From Cenarchaeum sp. (lineage in GTDB: Archaea > Thermoproteota > Nitrososphaeria > Nitrososphaerales > Nitrosopumilaceae): a stretch of DNA of 64,000 nt. Shown piece after piece: positions 40,153 through 50,142 of this stretch. The translations under genes were made by a program, and so were the position numbers. The DNA lies in the NCBI GenBank assembly GCA_965242695.1, contig CBDESU010000001.1, positions 1,440,001 to 1,504,000 on the forward strand, written 5' to 3'. The first letter of the stretch is position 1; every line of letters starts with the position of its first letter. The notes beneath the pieces were generated by a model that worked only from the letters and a program-made list of their open reading frames with translations, made no database searches and was not told where the DNA came from.

Positions 40153-42209
40153 ACCTAAGAGACGCAGATGTCAGACCGCAGTACGATTCCATATTCGACG
40201 ACGTATACGGGGATTTTTTCAACCCTGTGTTCAAACGCTCACGACGCTGCAGTCGGGCAGGCGGAAGGTTCACGTCCAAGAACCTCGCAGCCTGCGCCGA
40301 GGGCATGCAGGAATTTATCCAAAACGACGGAAGGATGGAACTGGCCATGCTCCCCGAGCTCAGCGAAGAGGACGTAGAGGCGATCAGGCGCGGCATCCGC
40401 AACGAAAGCGACGTGTTGTCAGAAGGGTGGATAAAGGACATGTCGGAAATAAGAGAAAAGTTCGTGGAGGACCACGTCAAGGCTCTGTCGTGGATGCTGG
40501 CCAACGGCAACTTAGAGATAAAAATAGTCATGCCGAGGGACTGCGAAGGGAAGATTGTCAAATATTCAGCACTTCAAGAAAGCCAAGTGTTCAAGAAAAA
40601 AACGGGGCTTTTTTGGAGCTCGGGAAATGACGTGCTGACGTTTTCTGGCAACATAGAATACGACGACAAAATGATGGGCGAATATTACCATTTTCGTACA
40701 TATCGCAGTTGGGTGCCGGACGAAAAAAAGTACGTCGAACAAGACTACGATGAATTCATGCGGTACTGGGACGGCCAGGCAGAAGCGGGAAAAATGCGGT
40801 TGGAGGCCGTGCAGCTGCCCGACGCCATCAGGGACAGCCTAATCAGGATCGCGCCAAGCTCAAAGTCTGAAATATCCCTGCAAGTGGCGCCGCGGCTCCG
40901 TCCATACCAGAAGGAGGCTGTACAGAGGTGGGCGGGCGCGGGCGGGCGCGGAGTGCTGGAAATGGCCACGGGCACAGGCAAGACGTTTGCCGCCATAGGA
41001 TGCATGGACGAGATCCGCAAGAGGTGCAAGAAAGTGCTGGTTGTAGTAGCTTGCCCCTTCGACAACCTAGAGCGCCAGTGGAAGTCCGAGCTGGAACGGT
41101 GGGGCATCCAATCGCAGATAACCTCGCACAACACGCAATGGTACACCGCCATGAAGGATGGCATATCCGCCCTAAGGGCGTCTAATCAGGAACACATGCT
41201 GGTGATCATAACATCCTACAACACTTTTCACAGCGAAAAATTTACAAGTGTGATAAGGGATTTCGGAATGGAGACGATGCTGGTGGCGGACGAAGTCCAT
41301 AATGCAGGGTCGCCCACACGCCTTGCCGGACTAACCGACGCTTACGTATACAGGCTGGGTCTGTCAGCCACGCTAGAAAGATACTTCGATGAGCAGGGAA
41401 CAGCCGCGCTGCAAAGGTTCTTTGGAGACACCGTATTTGCGCTGGACCTAGAGCAGGCAATAGCACACAAGTTCCTCGTCGGTTACAACTACCATCCAAT
41501 ATATACAGACCTGACAGAGGACGAGTACGAGGAATACAGGAGGAGGACGAAGTTGATCGCCATGCTCTGGCGGTCAAAAAAGGCAGAGGATAGAGAACGC
41601 CTAGAAAGAGAACTAGACATTCGTTCACGCATAATACTCAACGCAGAGTCAAAAATCGAGAGGTTTGCCGAGTGGGCAAGGGCGCACGAGGGTCGAATAA
41701 AACACACCCTAGTGTACTGCTCCGAGGTCCAGATGCCCAGAGTCAAGCAAATACTAACCGAGTGTGGCGCAGTCAACAGGGAAATCACTGCAAAGAATCC
41801 AAGTAATGTATGCGATCGCACATCAATACTGCAAGAATTCGCCAACGGCACCTATGATGCAATAGTGGCCAACAAGGTGCTCGACGAAGGGGCAGACATA
41901 CCGGCCGCCAACACCTGCGTTATGCTAGCCAGTACAGGTAACCCCAAACAGTTCATACAGCGGCGCGGCAGGGTGCTAAGGAGGCTCCCCCAAGGATACA
42001 GCGACGGAAGACAAAAGGAGCATGCCGACATATACGACATAATCGTGATGCCGGATGGCGGGGAAGGGTATACAGTGGCAGAAGCACAGGTTGAAAGGCA
42101 GATCACATCTTCACAGATATGCAGACAAGAGATGATGGCAGAAGTGGCCCTCAACAAGGATGCGTGCATGAAGGAGTTATCCACCATCAAGGCAAAGTTT
42201 GCCCTGTAG
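40149..42209 (+). CDS. pbeA: PbeA-like PLD-like + SF2 (ResIII/DEAD) helicase
   Basis: RPYQ, ATGTGKT, DEVH, LSAT, LDEGADIP, QRRGRVLR; degenerate N-terminal PLD-like region. Confidence 0.75.
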   Translation: MNLRDADVRPQYDSIFDDVYGDFFNPVFKRSRRCSRAGGRFTSKNLAACAEGMQEFIQNDGRMELAMLPELSEEDVEAIRRGIRNESDVLSEGWIKDMSEIREKFVEDHVKALSWMLANGNLEIKIVMPRDCEGKIVKYSALQESQVFKKKTGLFWSSGNDVLTFSGNIEYDDKMMGEYYHFRTYRSWVPDEKKYVEQDYDEFMRYWDGQAEAGKMRLEAVQLPDAIRDSLIRIAPSSKSEISLQVAPRLRPYQKEAVQRWAGAGGRGVLEMATGTGKTFAAIGCMDEIRKRCKKVLVVVACPFDNLERQWKSELERWGIQSQITSHNTQWYTAMKDGISALRASNQEHMLVIITSYNTFHSEKFTSVIRDFGMETMLVADEVHNAGSPTRLAGLTDAYVYRLGLSATLERYFDEQGTAALQRFFGDTVFALDLEQAIAHKFLVGYNYHPIYTDLTEDEYEEYRRRTKLIAMLWRSKKAEDRERLERELDIRSRIILNAESKIERFAEWARAHEGRIKHTLVYCSEVQMPRVKQILTECGAVNREITAKNPSNVCDRTSILQEFANGTYDAIVANKVLDEGADIPAANTCVMLASTGNPKQFIQRRGRVLRRLPQGYSDGRQKEHADIYDIIVMPDGGEGYTVAEAQVERQITSSQICRQEMMAEVALNKDACMKELSTIKAKFAL

Positions 42210-42592
42210 GATCGACGCGGCGCAGGACATCAGCCAGAACGAGAATGAGAGAGGCATGCAGAGTCACCTACTCCGATTCACCGGTGCGCGATGGGACGGG
42301 TTGCCCCGTCGTTGGTGATCAGCCACTTACCTAGCGCAACCAGTCGATCAAACCCCGCCATTGCTGACAGCGACATGGGCGATGAATGACGTCGTTTGAT
42401 CACTGTCCAGCGTGGTCATATTCATTGTTATAACATGCGTCCTTTTCAAGTAGAACGTCCCCCACTGAATGATCTATCCTCTGCCATGATCGGGATTTAA
42501 GATCAATATTCCGAATGGAGTCACATGATCACGCTCAGGTGCACGTTCAACAAACCCCAATGTTTTTAATATACGCCGTATCGCGCCCGGGC

Positions 42593-42799
42593 GTGACGAT
42601 AAACCCGCTGATTGTCAAAGGGATCGACGCTCTGGATGCGCCCGACAGTGTAAAGCGGGTGTTGCACGAGATAATTGAAGTTGAAAACAGTATCACGGTA
42701 GGGAGCGATCGACACGCTCCAAGCACGGCGATAAAGAGGATACTTGAGGAGTGTGCAGGGAACGATGAGGTGGTGAAATTTTGTGGTAGGCATGGTTGA
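42593..42799 (+). CDS. Small helical protein, PbeB-like by position
   Basis: 68 aa; GTG ~20 nt after a TTTTTAATATA box; overlaps the downstream ATPase. Confidence 0.6.
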   Translation: MTINPLIVKGIDALDAPDSVKRVLHEIIEVENSITVGSDRHAPSTAIKRILEECAGNDEVVKFCGRHG

Positions 42800-44897
42800 A
42801 GACAAGGCCAGACTCCAGCTTGGCAAGGTGTCCATGAAGAACTACAAGTCGTACTACGGGTTGATGGACGTAGAGCTGTCACGCGATCCCAGTAAGACCA
42901 TCACCGTGATAGAAGGCGGCATGGGCAAGGGGAAGACTACGTTTCTTGGTGCAATATACTGGTGCCTATACGGCAAGGAAAAGCCGGGTGCAACCACAAA
43001 CACCGATGAGACGATCATAAGCAACGACATTGTCAGGCGTCTAAATGTCGGAGACAACGACACTCTGCATGTGGAATTGTCTCTCTACGAGGACAGAGAA
43101 CTACGCTACAAAATAAAACGTTCGCTCTCGTTTACTAAAAAAAGCGAGTCGGATGGCTCTAAGCACCACATAGCGGTGAGTGGGCGATTGCCTCACGGGA
43201 TATCGGTAGAAGAAAGGGTAGAATACAAGGAACTGCCCAAGGGGGAAAGCGACTGGTTGACATCCAGCGATCCGTCAAGGGTCAGATACATGATAGAGCG
43301 ACTATTTCCGGAATCGCTTTCGTCGTACTTCCTGTTTGACGCGGAATTGCTAGACAGCTTTTTCCGTCATGGTAGGGAAAACCACGTAAAAAACGGCATT
43401 GAGGAAATATCAGGGCTTCCACTGGTTGAAAGTGCAATTCAACACGTCTCAAAGACGAGAAACAATGTAATGGATGGGATTAAGAGCGTCGAGACAGACC
43501 AAATAAAAAATGACTTGCACCATTATCGAAAAGAAGTAGAAGAATGCGAGGATGTAATCGAAAAATCCTCAGCAGAAATAGACAGGCTTGAGACTGAGAT
43601 AGAAGCAATCGACTCGTACCTCAGGGACCACAGCGAGCCCGCAATCAGTGCAATCCAGGGCCAAAGAGACGAGATCGGCAGAGCAAGGCAAGAGATATCG
43701 CAGAAAATAAAAGAACATCGCGTCAGGATGAACACCTGGCTGCTGTATTCCAATATAGTCGGCAATGTGAGCGGAGCAATGTCGGCCAGCATCAACATGT
43801 GCGACACGTGGGAAAAAGAGGGAAAGATACCCATAGCCGTAAGCAGCCTTGCGCTAAAGAACATACTAGCCGGTGACCCACCCCGGTGCATCTGCGGTGC
43901 GCTCCTAGATGAGGGGAGTGGCGGGAGGAAGCATGTGGAGGAAATCCTCAGCGAGGGGTTGTCCGAGTCGGCCGTCATACAGAGTATCGCCACAGGGCGC
44001 GGGCACTGGGCAGGCATGATCGCCGAGTACAGTGAGCAATCTAAAGATCTAGACAGGCAGCGCACCGAGCGCCATAATCTGAGAATCGCGCACGGTGCGA
44101 AGGATCTAGAATACAAGGATCTGTCGAGAAATCTCGAAGTGCACGACTTGGATGTCGTTAGGGAAAAGTCGGCGCGGCGCAGAGACCTCATGGACAGGCT
44201 TCACGAGTGCGGGAGTGAGAAGAAAGGGGCGGAGAACAAGGTGGTCGAATCGCGTAGAAAGCTTGTCGAAAAAGAGCAGGGCCTAGAAAAGGCCATGGCG
44301 AAAGAAAAAAAGTATACTGTACAAAAGAATATGATGACAATTGCGGGCGCAATCAACAGATTGCTGTCACAGTGCAAGGCTGACCTTATTGAAAACATGC
44401 GCGACACGGTGGCAAGGACAACTACAGACTATTTTCTCAAGCTTGTGCCCAGTGATGATTTTTCAAAGGTAGAAATATCCAACAGATACGAAACATCTGC
44501 CTTGGGCAATGATAAAAAAACAAAATCTTTATCTGCAGGCCAAAATTGCTGCCTTGCATTGTCATATATAGCCGCCATTCGTGAAATAGCTGATCGTAAC
44601 TATTTCATGGTAATCGACTCCCCGCTACACAACATATCGCAAGCGGAACGCGTAGGAATCGCCAAAAACCTACCAAGATTCCTACAGGGCACTCAAATCA
44701 CGATGCTAGTCCAAGATCAAGAATATGTAGGAAAGGTCGTAAGAGGTGCGGAAACACCTGGCATTGAGTCCGTCCAAAAGACCTTGATCGACGCAGGGTG
44801 CCTGTGGCGAGAGTATATCATAGAACAGTCCAAGAAATCGCCAGACGACGTATCCACTCATAGCAAGATCAGGGAGAGGAGGAACGGGGAGGAATGA
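42792..44897 (+). CDS. pbeC: PbeC-like SMC/Rad50-type CxC ATPase
   Basis: GGMGKGKTT, YFLFDAE, coiled coil with CICG, LSAGQ, VIDSPL. Confidence 0.7.
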   Translation: MVEDKARLQLGKVSMKNYKSYYGLMDVELSRDPSKTITVIEGGMGKGKTTFLGAIYWCLYGKEKPGATTNTDETIISNDIVRRLNVGDNDTLHVELSLYEDRELRYKIKRSLSFTKKSESDGSKHHIAVSGRLPHGISVEERVEYKELPKGESDWLTSSDPSRVRYMIERLFPESLSSYFLFDAELLDSFFRHGRENHVKNGIEEISGLPLVESAIQHVSKTRNNVMDGIKSVETDQIKNDLHHYRKEVEECEDVIEKSSAEIDRLETEIEAIDSYLRDHSEPAISAIQGQRDEIGRARQEISQKIKEHRVRMNTWLLYSNIVGNVSGAMSASINMCDTWEKEGKIPIAVSSLALKNILAGDPPRCICGALLDEGSGGRKHVEEILSEGLSESAVIQSIATGRGHWAGMIAEYSEQSKDLDRQRTERHNLRIAHGAKDLEYKDLSRNLEVHDLDVVREKSARRRDLMDRLHECGSEKKGAENKVVESRRKLVEKEQGLEKAMAKEKKYTVQKNMMTIAGAINRLLSQCKADLIENMRDTVARTTTDYFLKLVPSDDFSKVEISNRYETSALGNDKKTKSLSAGQNCCLALSYIAAIREIADRNYFMVIDSPLHNISQAERVGIAKNLPRFLQGTQITMLVQDQEYVGKVVRGAETPGIESVQKTLIDAGCLWREYIIEQSKKSPDDVSTHSKIRERRNGEE

Positions 44898-45352
44898 CCA
44901 ACAAAAAAATCGCCATGCGCTTGCAGTCAGACTGGCCACACGACATGTCGTACGACAAGGAAAATGCCGATGCGGGCAGGTTTTACGGAGTCTCAGGGGG
45001 CGACGGGGCCGTAGGCGACGATACATCCATATTCCACAAGAAGCGGCAGGTCGACATATTCCTCCTCGCCATGTCTATAGGATACGCAAAGAAAACCCGC
45101 AAAAAAGTGGCTCGGCCGTCAATGTCTATACGCCGCGACGCCCTCACCGAGAAGGAGACGTGGATCATGTGCAGCGTGGCACTTGCGTCCGAAGAGCGCT
45201 TAGAGGTGCTCGCAGACCCGGCCCGAGTGGTCAAGATATGCGAGGAATATGCCAACGGGGGCATAGACGAGCTCATCAAGATGGACAAGTCTGGGAGGGG
45301 ATCAGAGAAGTATGAAGACGTAATAGACAGGCTAGCGCGCGACGCCTCGTGA
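44894..45352 (+). CDS. PbeD-like / Dnd-associated small protein
   Basis: DIFLLAMSIGY...EEYANGGI motif; ATGA overlap with the ATPase. Confidence 0.7.
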   Translation: MTNKKIAMRLQSDWPHDMSYDKENADAGRFYGVSGGDGAVGDDTSIFHKKRQVDIFLLAMSIGYAKKTRKKVARPSMSIRRDALTEKETWIMCSVALASEERLEVLADPARVVKICEEYANGGIDELIKMDKSGRGSEKYEDVIDRLARDAS

Positions 45353-45371
45353 TCAGAGGCGGTGCGGCCGC

Positions 45372-47468
45372 TTGCCATGCATAGACGACTTTGCTGAGTG
45401 GTGCGAGCCCGTCGTTCGCGGTATGAATGCCAGGGACATGGTCATGACGGACAGCCTGATCGCGCTAGTGTCGAAGGTGGCCAAGAGGCACCCCCTGCTG
45501 TTCCTCCCAGACTTCGTAGACGATGTGGTGGGCGGTCTGCAGACGAGGGAGATAATGGCCGCGCACTGCATAGCGTCACAGCCAGACTACTACAACCTCG
45601 TGAACACTACCATAAAGCTAAAAGGATCGCGCTCCAAGGGCAAACCGGACAGCAGGGAGAAGAATCTGGCCAACGACGGGTGGCGCGAACGGTACGACGC
45701 AATCATGCTTCCGTCTGCTGCGATATACGACCTGCTGGTGGAGCTCCACCGATGCAACACGCTGGCGGCGGCAGTCGCAGACGCCATCCTCAGGGACCAA
45801 TACATCTCGAGCGCCAACCTGCTGCCGGCAGTTCTCAAGTCGTACAGCAGCGTCAAAGCCCGCATTCACGCCCCACGCGCGGCGCATGCGAGGGCTGGAC
45901 AGACAGAGTGCGACGGAGATAGGATGCATGCGAGGGTGAGGCAGGTAGTGTCCCGCCTGTCCGCACAGGGCCACGTCACCTATATTGACGACAACGTTTC
46001 CGCACCCGAAAAGTACTCGCGGATCGACGGCGCGGTTTACGAGATCCTGGACAGCAAGAAAGACGGCATGTCATACCAAGCCCTCATGTCTGCGACCATG
46101 CAGGAACTGCACCTGCTGAGGCTAGTGCCCGGTGCCGATGTCTTCGACGACTGCCTGTCCAGGCTGGAAGACGGAGGCCTCATAGTGCACAAGCGATCGG
46201 GATCAAGCTACGCAACCCATAGCAGGCAGCTCTTCACCAAGGAAACATACGATCGCCGTATGAACGAGGCAAAGAGCGCTGTCATGTCAACGAAAATCAA
46301 GTTCTTTGGCAGAAGGACAACGCCAAACCAGTTTGTCAACGAGCTGCGCCGGCTAGATCCAGGTGACCTAGACGACAGGGACGATCAAGTTACCCGAATC
46401 GCGGGGCTGGTGATGAGCGACGCGGCCGTGCCGCAGGGGCCAAGGGATCCTACGGGCGTGTTCGACTTTGTGGTCGACATATCAAACTACAAGTTCAGGC
46501 CAGAGCAGGTGGACCTCATGGAGCGCATTGACTTCAAGGCGACGTCCACGGTATTCCACTGCAAGGTCATGATAGACGAGACGGTCACCATGTCTGTGCT
46601 AGCTGGGCTCAGTGACGCACTGCCCAAAGGCGAACAGGGCGTGGTCTTTACGTGCAGGAACGTTCCGCCTGCGGTCGCCGCCGCGACCAAAAAGGACAGG
46701 AGCGTCCAGGTGATAAGTGAGCGAGGTATATTGGAGTGGTGCTCCATCACACCCGTAATGCCGTGCAGGAAAAACTCGGTGGTCGTCGTAAAATATGGAA
46801 ACTCCATAGGCAGGGTGGCCATGGTGTACGCGCTCAACTACGAGTCCGGCATGGCCACTGCGATTCTCGCCCCGGATCGGGCAGAGGTGACCCTGCCCAT
46901 CGGATCCCTAAAGGAGGTTGGGCCCGATGCGCACTCCACCAGCGAAGAGTTTGCAGAGGTGTCCGAGTCGTTCTTTCGCCTAGTCTGCTCGTTGGACAAG
47001 ATTGCGCCGGACGGATTCGAGGACGGGATCTGCGAATGTGATGCTCCGGTCTACGGGAGCCGCATGGAGATGATGGTGGGCACCAAGCCCGACCTGTTCA
47101 CCGACTCGGCGCATCCGCCCTATCCCGTAGAGCCCGATGCGTCCAAGTTTGTTCGCTACGTGGCGTTCGAGGGAGACACGCATGTGGAGATCACCCCCGC
47201 GTTAGGATCTACGCTGGCGTGCACGTGCCTACACAGCGTCAACGAGGAGTACCGGACGACGTTGTGCAGGCACATGGTGGCCGCAATACCCGCGGCCATA
47301 GCGCAGGAGTCCGACCCGTCTAGGGCCATAGCCCGCATGGAGAGAAAACTAGCAAGGATCAAGGAAGGGAATGTCAGGCGTACAGCTCTGGCGGTGGGCT
47401 ATGCGCTCGGCACCAAGCGCGTGGGTATTCTCCAAAGATACCTGCGGGCACGAGCCGATGACGCCTAG
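45372..47468 (+). CDS. Multidomain protein: wHTH-like / Mrr-like nuclease fold / KOW-SH3-like / SWIM zinc finger, copy 1
   Basis: FDFVV...FHCK...GVVFT...VQVI; VVVKYGNSIGRVAMVYALNYE..EVTLPIGSLKEV; CTC-x11-CRH. Confidence 0.7.
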   Translation: MPCIDDFAEWCEPVVRGMNARDMVMTDSLIALVSKVAKRHPLLFLPDFVDDVVGGLQTREIMAAHCIASQPDYYNLVNTTIKLKGSRSKGKPDSREKNLANDGWRERYDAIMLPSAAIYDLLVELHRCNTLAAAVADAILRDQYISSANLLPAVLKSYSSVKARIHAPRAAHARAGQTECDGDRMHARVRQVVSRLSAQGHVTYIDDNVSAPEKYSRIDGAVYEILDSKKDGMSYQALMSATMQELHLLRLVPGADVFDDCLSRLEDGGLIVHKRSGSSYATHSRQLFTKETYDRRMNEAKSAVMSTKIKFFGRRTTPNQFVNELRRLDPGDLDDRDDQVTRIAGLVMSDAAVPQGPRDPTGVFDFVVDISNYKFRPEQVDLMERIDFKATSTVFHCKVMIDETVTMSVLAGLSDALPKGEQGVVFTCRNVPPAVAAATKKDRSVQVISERGILEWCSITPVMPCRKNSVVVVKYGNSIGRVAMVYALNYESGMATAILAPDRAEVTLPIGSLKEVGPDAHSTSEEFAEVSESFFRLVCSLDKIAPDGFEDGICECDAPVYGSRMEMMVGTKPDLFTDSAHPPYPVEPDASKFVRYVAFEGDTHVEITPALGSTLACTCLHSVNEEYRTTLCRHMVAAIPAAIAQESDPSRAIARMERKLARIKEGNVRRTALAVGYALGTKRVGILQRYLRARADDA

Positions 47469-48379
47469 TCTGATACAACATCATCGGCCAGCTGGCGCAG
47501 TATGGCAGGATCTACATCATCTATGTCAGATTCCAGCATCTCAAATATTTTAAGTGCATCTTGATCACACTCTAGGATATCTCGTATCTTTTCTCTAAGC
47601 GTCGCTATGTTGTCGTGATCAGTATTGTCATCATAGGCAGAATCGTTTGCATCCCCCCGCCCGTCCGCCTCTATTGCAGGTTGCTTGTCCTTCCCGTCGC
47701 CCCCACCCGTGGCGTCTGCGTGTTTGTACCACGGATCGTGTCCCAGCTTGTCAAGAAAATTCTCCCACGAGTCGAACTCGATGTCGTATGCACCAACGCT
47801 CAGCGGCGAGTGCCTTTCAAATTCCTCCTTGGTCGGAACCCTGTCTAGGTTCCACTTGACCCTCTCAAATTCGATCAGCATTGATATTTTGTTCGGCGGG
47901 TCGATGTTGTATGCAAGATCCAAGAGCGCACTTGTGTCGCCAAATTCTTCCCTCAAGTGGTAGATCATCTCAGTGGGGAAGTAGCCTACTCCCGATCCCT
48001 CTATATCTTCCCTGCTCTCCGGCAGAACGGCGGCCATCCTCTGGAGCAGGTCGGCCCGCACCCGGCTAAAGTACGACAAATCAACGTTTGATGCGCCTCC
48101 ATCTTCCACACCCGTACCAACACGCCCGGCGGCTCCAGACCGTGACTTGTACCGGACGTTGCGCATCCTCGCCCGTAGCTTGCACTTGCAGCACCGGCAG
48201 TGCCAGCCAACAGTGCCTGCCGTCGCAATCGCGCCGCCCTCTAGAAGCGCCCCCTTTGCATCTAGCCAGACGTTGCACATTCGGCACCGCGCCTGTCCTT
48301 CTCCATACCGCCCCATCCCCGCTCGCTCGCCCACTGCGTATTTTTGGCACGCCCCACGGCAAAACGACCTAGGGTTCAT
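47465..48379 (-). CDS. Thaumarchaeal-type Cys-rich zinc ribbon fused to a homing-endonuclease-associated (HNH) repeat, copy 1
   Basis: CRGAC..RY..GQARCRMC..WHCRCC..LR..RN..YK; LDRVPT..EF.....Y..EFDSWENFL..LG; TTTATATA box at ~48401-48408. Confidence 0.7.
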   Translation of the reverse strand: MNPRSFCRGACQKYAVGERAGMGRYGEGQARCRMCNVWLDAKGALLEGGAIATAGTVGWHCRCCKCKLRARMRNVRYKSRSGAAGRVGTGVEDGGASNVDLSYFSRVRADLLQRMAAVLPESREDIEGSGVGYFPTEMIYHLREEFGDTSALLDLAYNIDPPNKISMLIEFERVKWNLDRVPTKEEFERHSPLSVGAYDIEFDSWENFLDKLGHDPWYKHADATGGGDGKDKQPAIEADGRGDANDSAYDDNTDHDNIATLREKIRDILECDQDALKIFEMLESDIDDVDPAILRQLADDVVSD

Positions 48380-48586
48380 GCTGGAAACGGCCAAGTGGCA
48401 TATATAAAGAACATGGCAGTCTGTTCATGGCGCCTTCACTCCGCAGAGCGCGCGTGCAGAGTGCCGCAGAGCGCGCGTCCACCCCCCCCCCCCCCCCCCC
48501 CCTCCCCCCCCTCCAAGGGGCAGGCGACAGGGGCACAGCATAGGCAGTATCCGCGACATAGCGCCTGACATACTCGTCTGCTGCGC

Positions 48587-49136
48587 CTAGTCGGGGAGAA
48601 CTGGCGCACATCGTGCGGCGCCGATCGGCTCGGGGCGATACGGCGCGCCCCGCCTTGTAGAGTCCACCATGTCGCAGGATCGCATTTCGAACCCGTGCCG
48701 CTCGCCGCCGCGGGCGCTGTGAACCGTCACGGTGTCGGCTATGGAGAACGGTGAGAGCTTTCCAATCCCGTTCCGCCCCATGACAAGCCGCCCCTTCTTC
48801 GGCGTCCTGCCGCTCGTCCTGCTTGTACGAGCCGTTATCGATGTCGCCCCCATGACAAGCCGCCCCTTCTTCGGCGTCCTGCCGCCCCCTTCCTTGCGGC
48901 GCTCGCATCCGACGCGCAGGTACTTTTCGTTGACGTCGGCTGCGGTCATGCCGCATCCGTCGTCCTCGACGGCGATCCTGCCGCCGCCGATCGATATGTC
49001 ACGCGGCCGGCATCGGCATCCCACGCGTTGGCCACCGCCTCCGACAGGCATCCGGCGCGCCGCCGTGCAGTCTGATCCAGAGGTGCCTCAATGCGGCAAG
49101 ATCCAGCGCCATTTTGTACTCGTCAGTAGCCGGCAT
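48587..49136 (-). pseudogene. Truncated, frameshifted HATPase_c_3 (GHKL) gene
   Basis: ANAWDADA, EDDGCGM, YLRVG, MGRNGIGKLS pieces spread over several frames. Confidence 0.8.
48776..48885. repeat. 38-bp direct repeat / 34-bp insert / repeat (period 72)
   Basis: CCCCATGACAAGCCGCCCCTTCTTCGGCGTCCTGCCGC at 48776-48813 and 48848-48885. Confidence 0.95.
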
Positions 49137-49929
49137 CACAACACCCGCTGCTCCGCGCATGCTCCCAGAGGCCGCGCGCCCTATAAACCGCCCGCAGGGT
49201 TTGGAGCCATTCCCGGACAAGGTGAATGTGCCGGCGCCGCCGTCCCGCTACGCGGATGCGGTGCGCCCGATCCCGCCATGTTCGATGCGCCGTGCAGGCG
49301 CAGTCCCCCGGCCGCCGCCGGGCGGCGGCGTCCTGCACAGCGCACTCGGCCGTGTACATGACGTACCGGGCAAGCTCGCCGCCGTCACGCTGTCGTATCC
49401 GATCAGGTTCAGCGCAAACCACAGCGGCGCCGCCCTGCCGGGCCGCGTCAGAGTAGGCGCCGGCGCTAGCCCTCACCCCAGGTCGGGCGAGGCGAAGCGC
49501 ACCAAGCATTAGCGTCCGTCGGGCTGCGGCGTACCATGTTCGAACAGGGCGATGTTGAACCGCGTCAAGTGGTACGTGTAGATCACCTTTTCGCCCCCCG
49601 CCGCTGTGTCGAGCTGGATGTGCACCCTCTGTGCATCGTCTGCCGCGCACCTCCCGTCGATCGCCTCGGCCGCACCGGCGCCGGCCGATGCGCGGCCGCC
49701 GGCCTGCCCAGCCAGCAGTATGCGCACGAGCTTGTCGAATGCGACGGCGCCCGCTCGCCGCCTGCCTCTACCACGGTCCGCAGGACGAGCCGGCCAGTGC
49801 CAGGATAGTCAGAGTGATGAAGGGCGCGCGGGCCGGGAGTATCTTGGACCGGCCGCCCTGCCAGCCGTCCCCGTGCTCGCATATGCCGCCCTTGGCAGGC
49901 GGCATTGCCGGGTTTTCTCTCAGGCCGTC

Positions 49930-50123
49930 CGTGATGCATGCGGCCGTGGCACTTGCGGCCGAGGGGCGCTTGGAAGTACTCGCCGACCCGGCCCACGTGG
50001 TCAAGATATACGAAGAATGTGCCAACGGTGGACATAGACGAGCTCGCCAAGATGGGCAAGTCTGGCAGGGGATCGGAGAGGTGCGAAGGCTCAATAGACA
50101 GGCTAGCGCGCGGCGCCGCGTGA
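49930..50123 (+). pseudogene. 3' fragment of the PbeD-like gene
   Basis: VALAAEGRLEVLADPAHVVKIYEECANG / IDELAKMGKSGRGSE, frameshifted copy of ~45165-45352. Confidence 0.85.
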
Positions 50124-50142
50124 TCAGAGGCGGCGAGGCGGC

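Noticed and set aside
48482-48511. Long poly-C tract near the duplication boundary
   Set aside because: Could be G-quadruplex-forming or an artefact; no function supportable from sequence.
49150-49900. Short protein-like fragments between the duplicated modules
   Set aside because: Too short and broken to assign.
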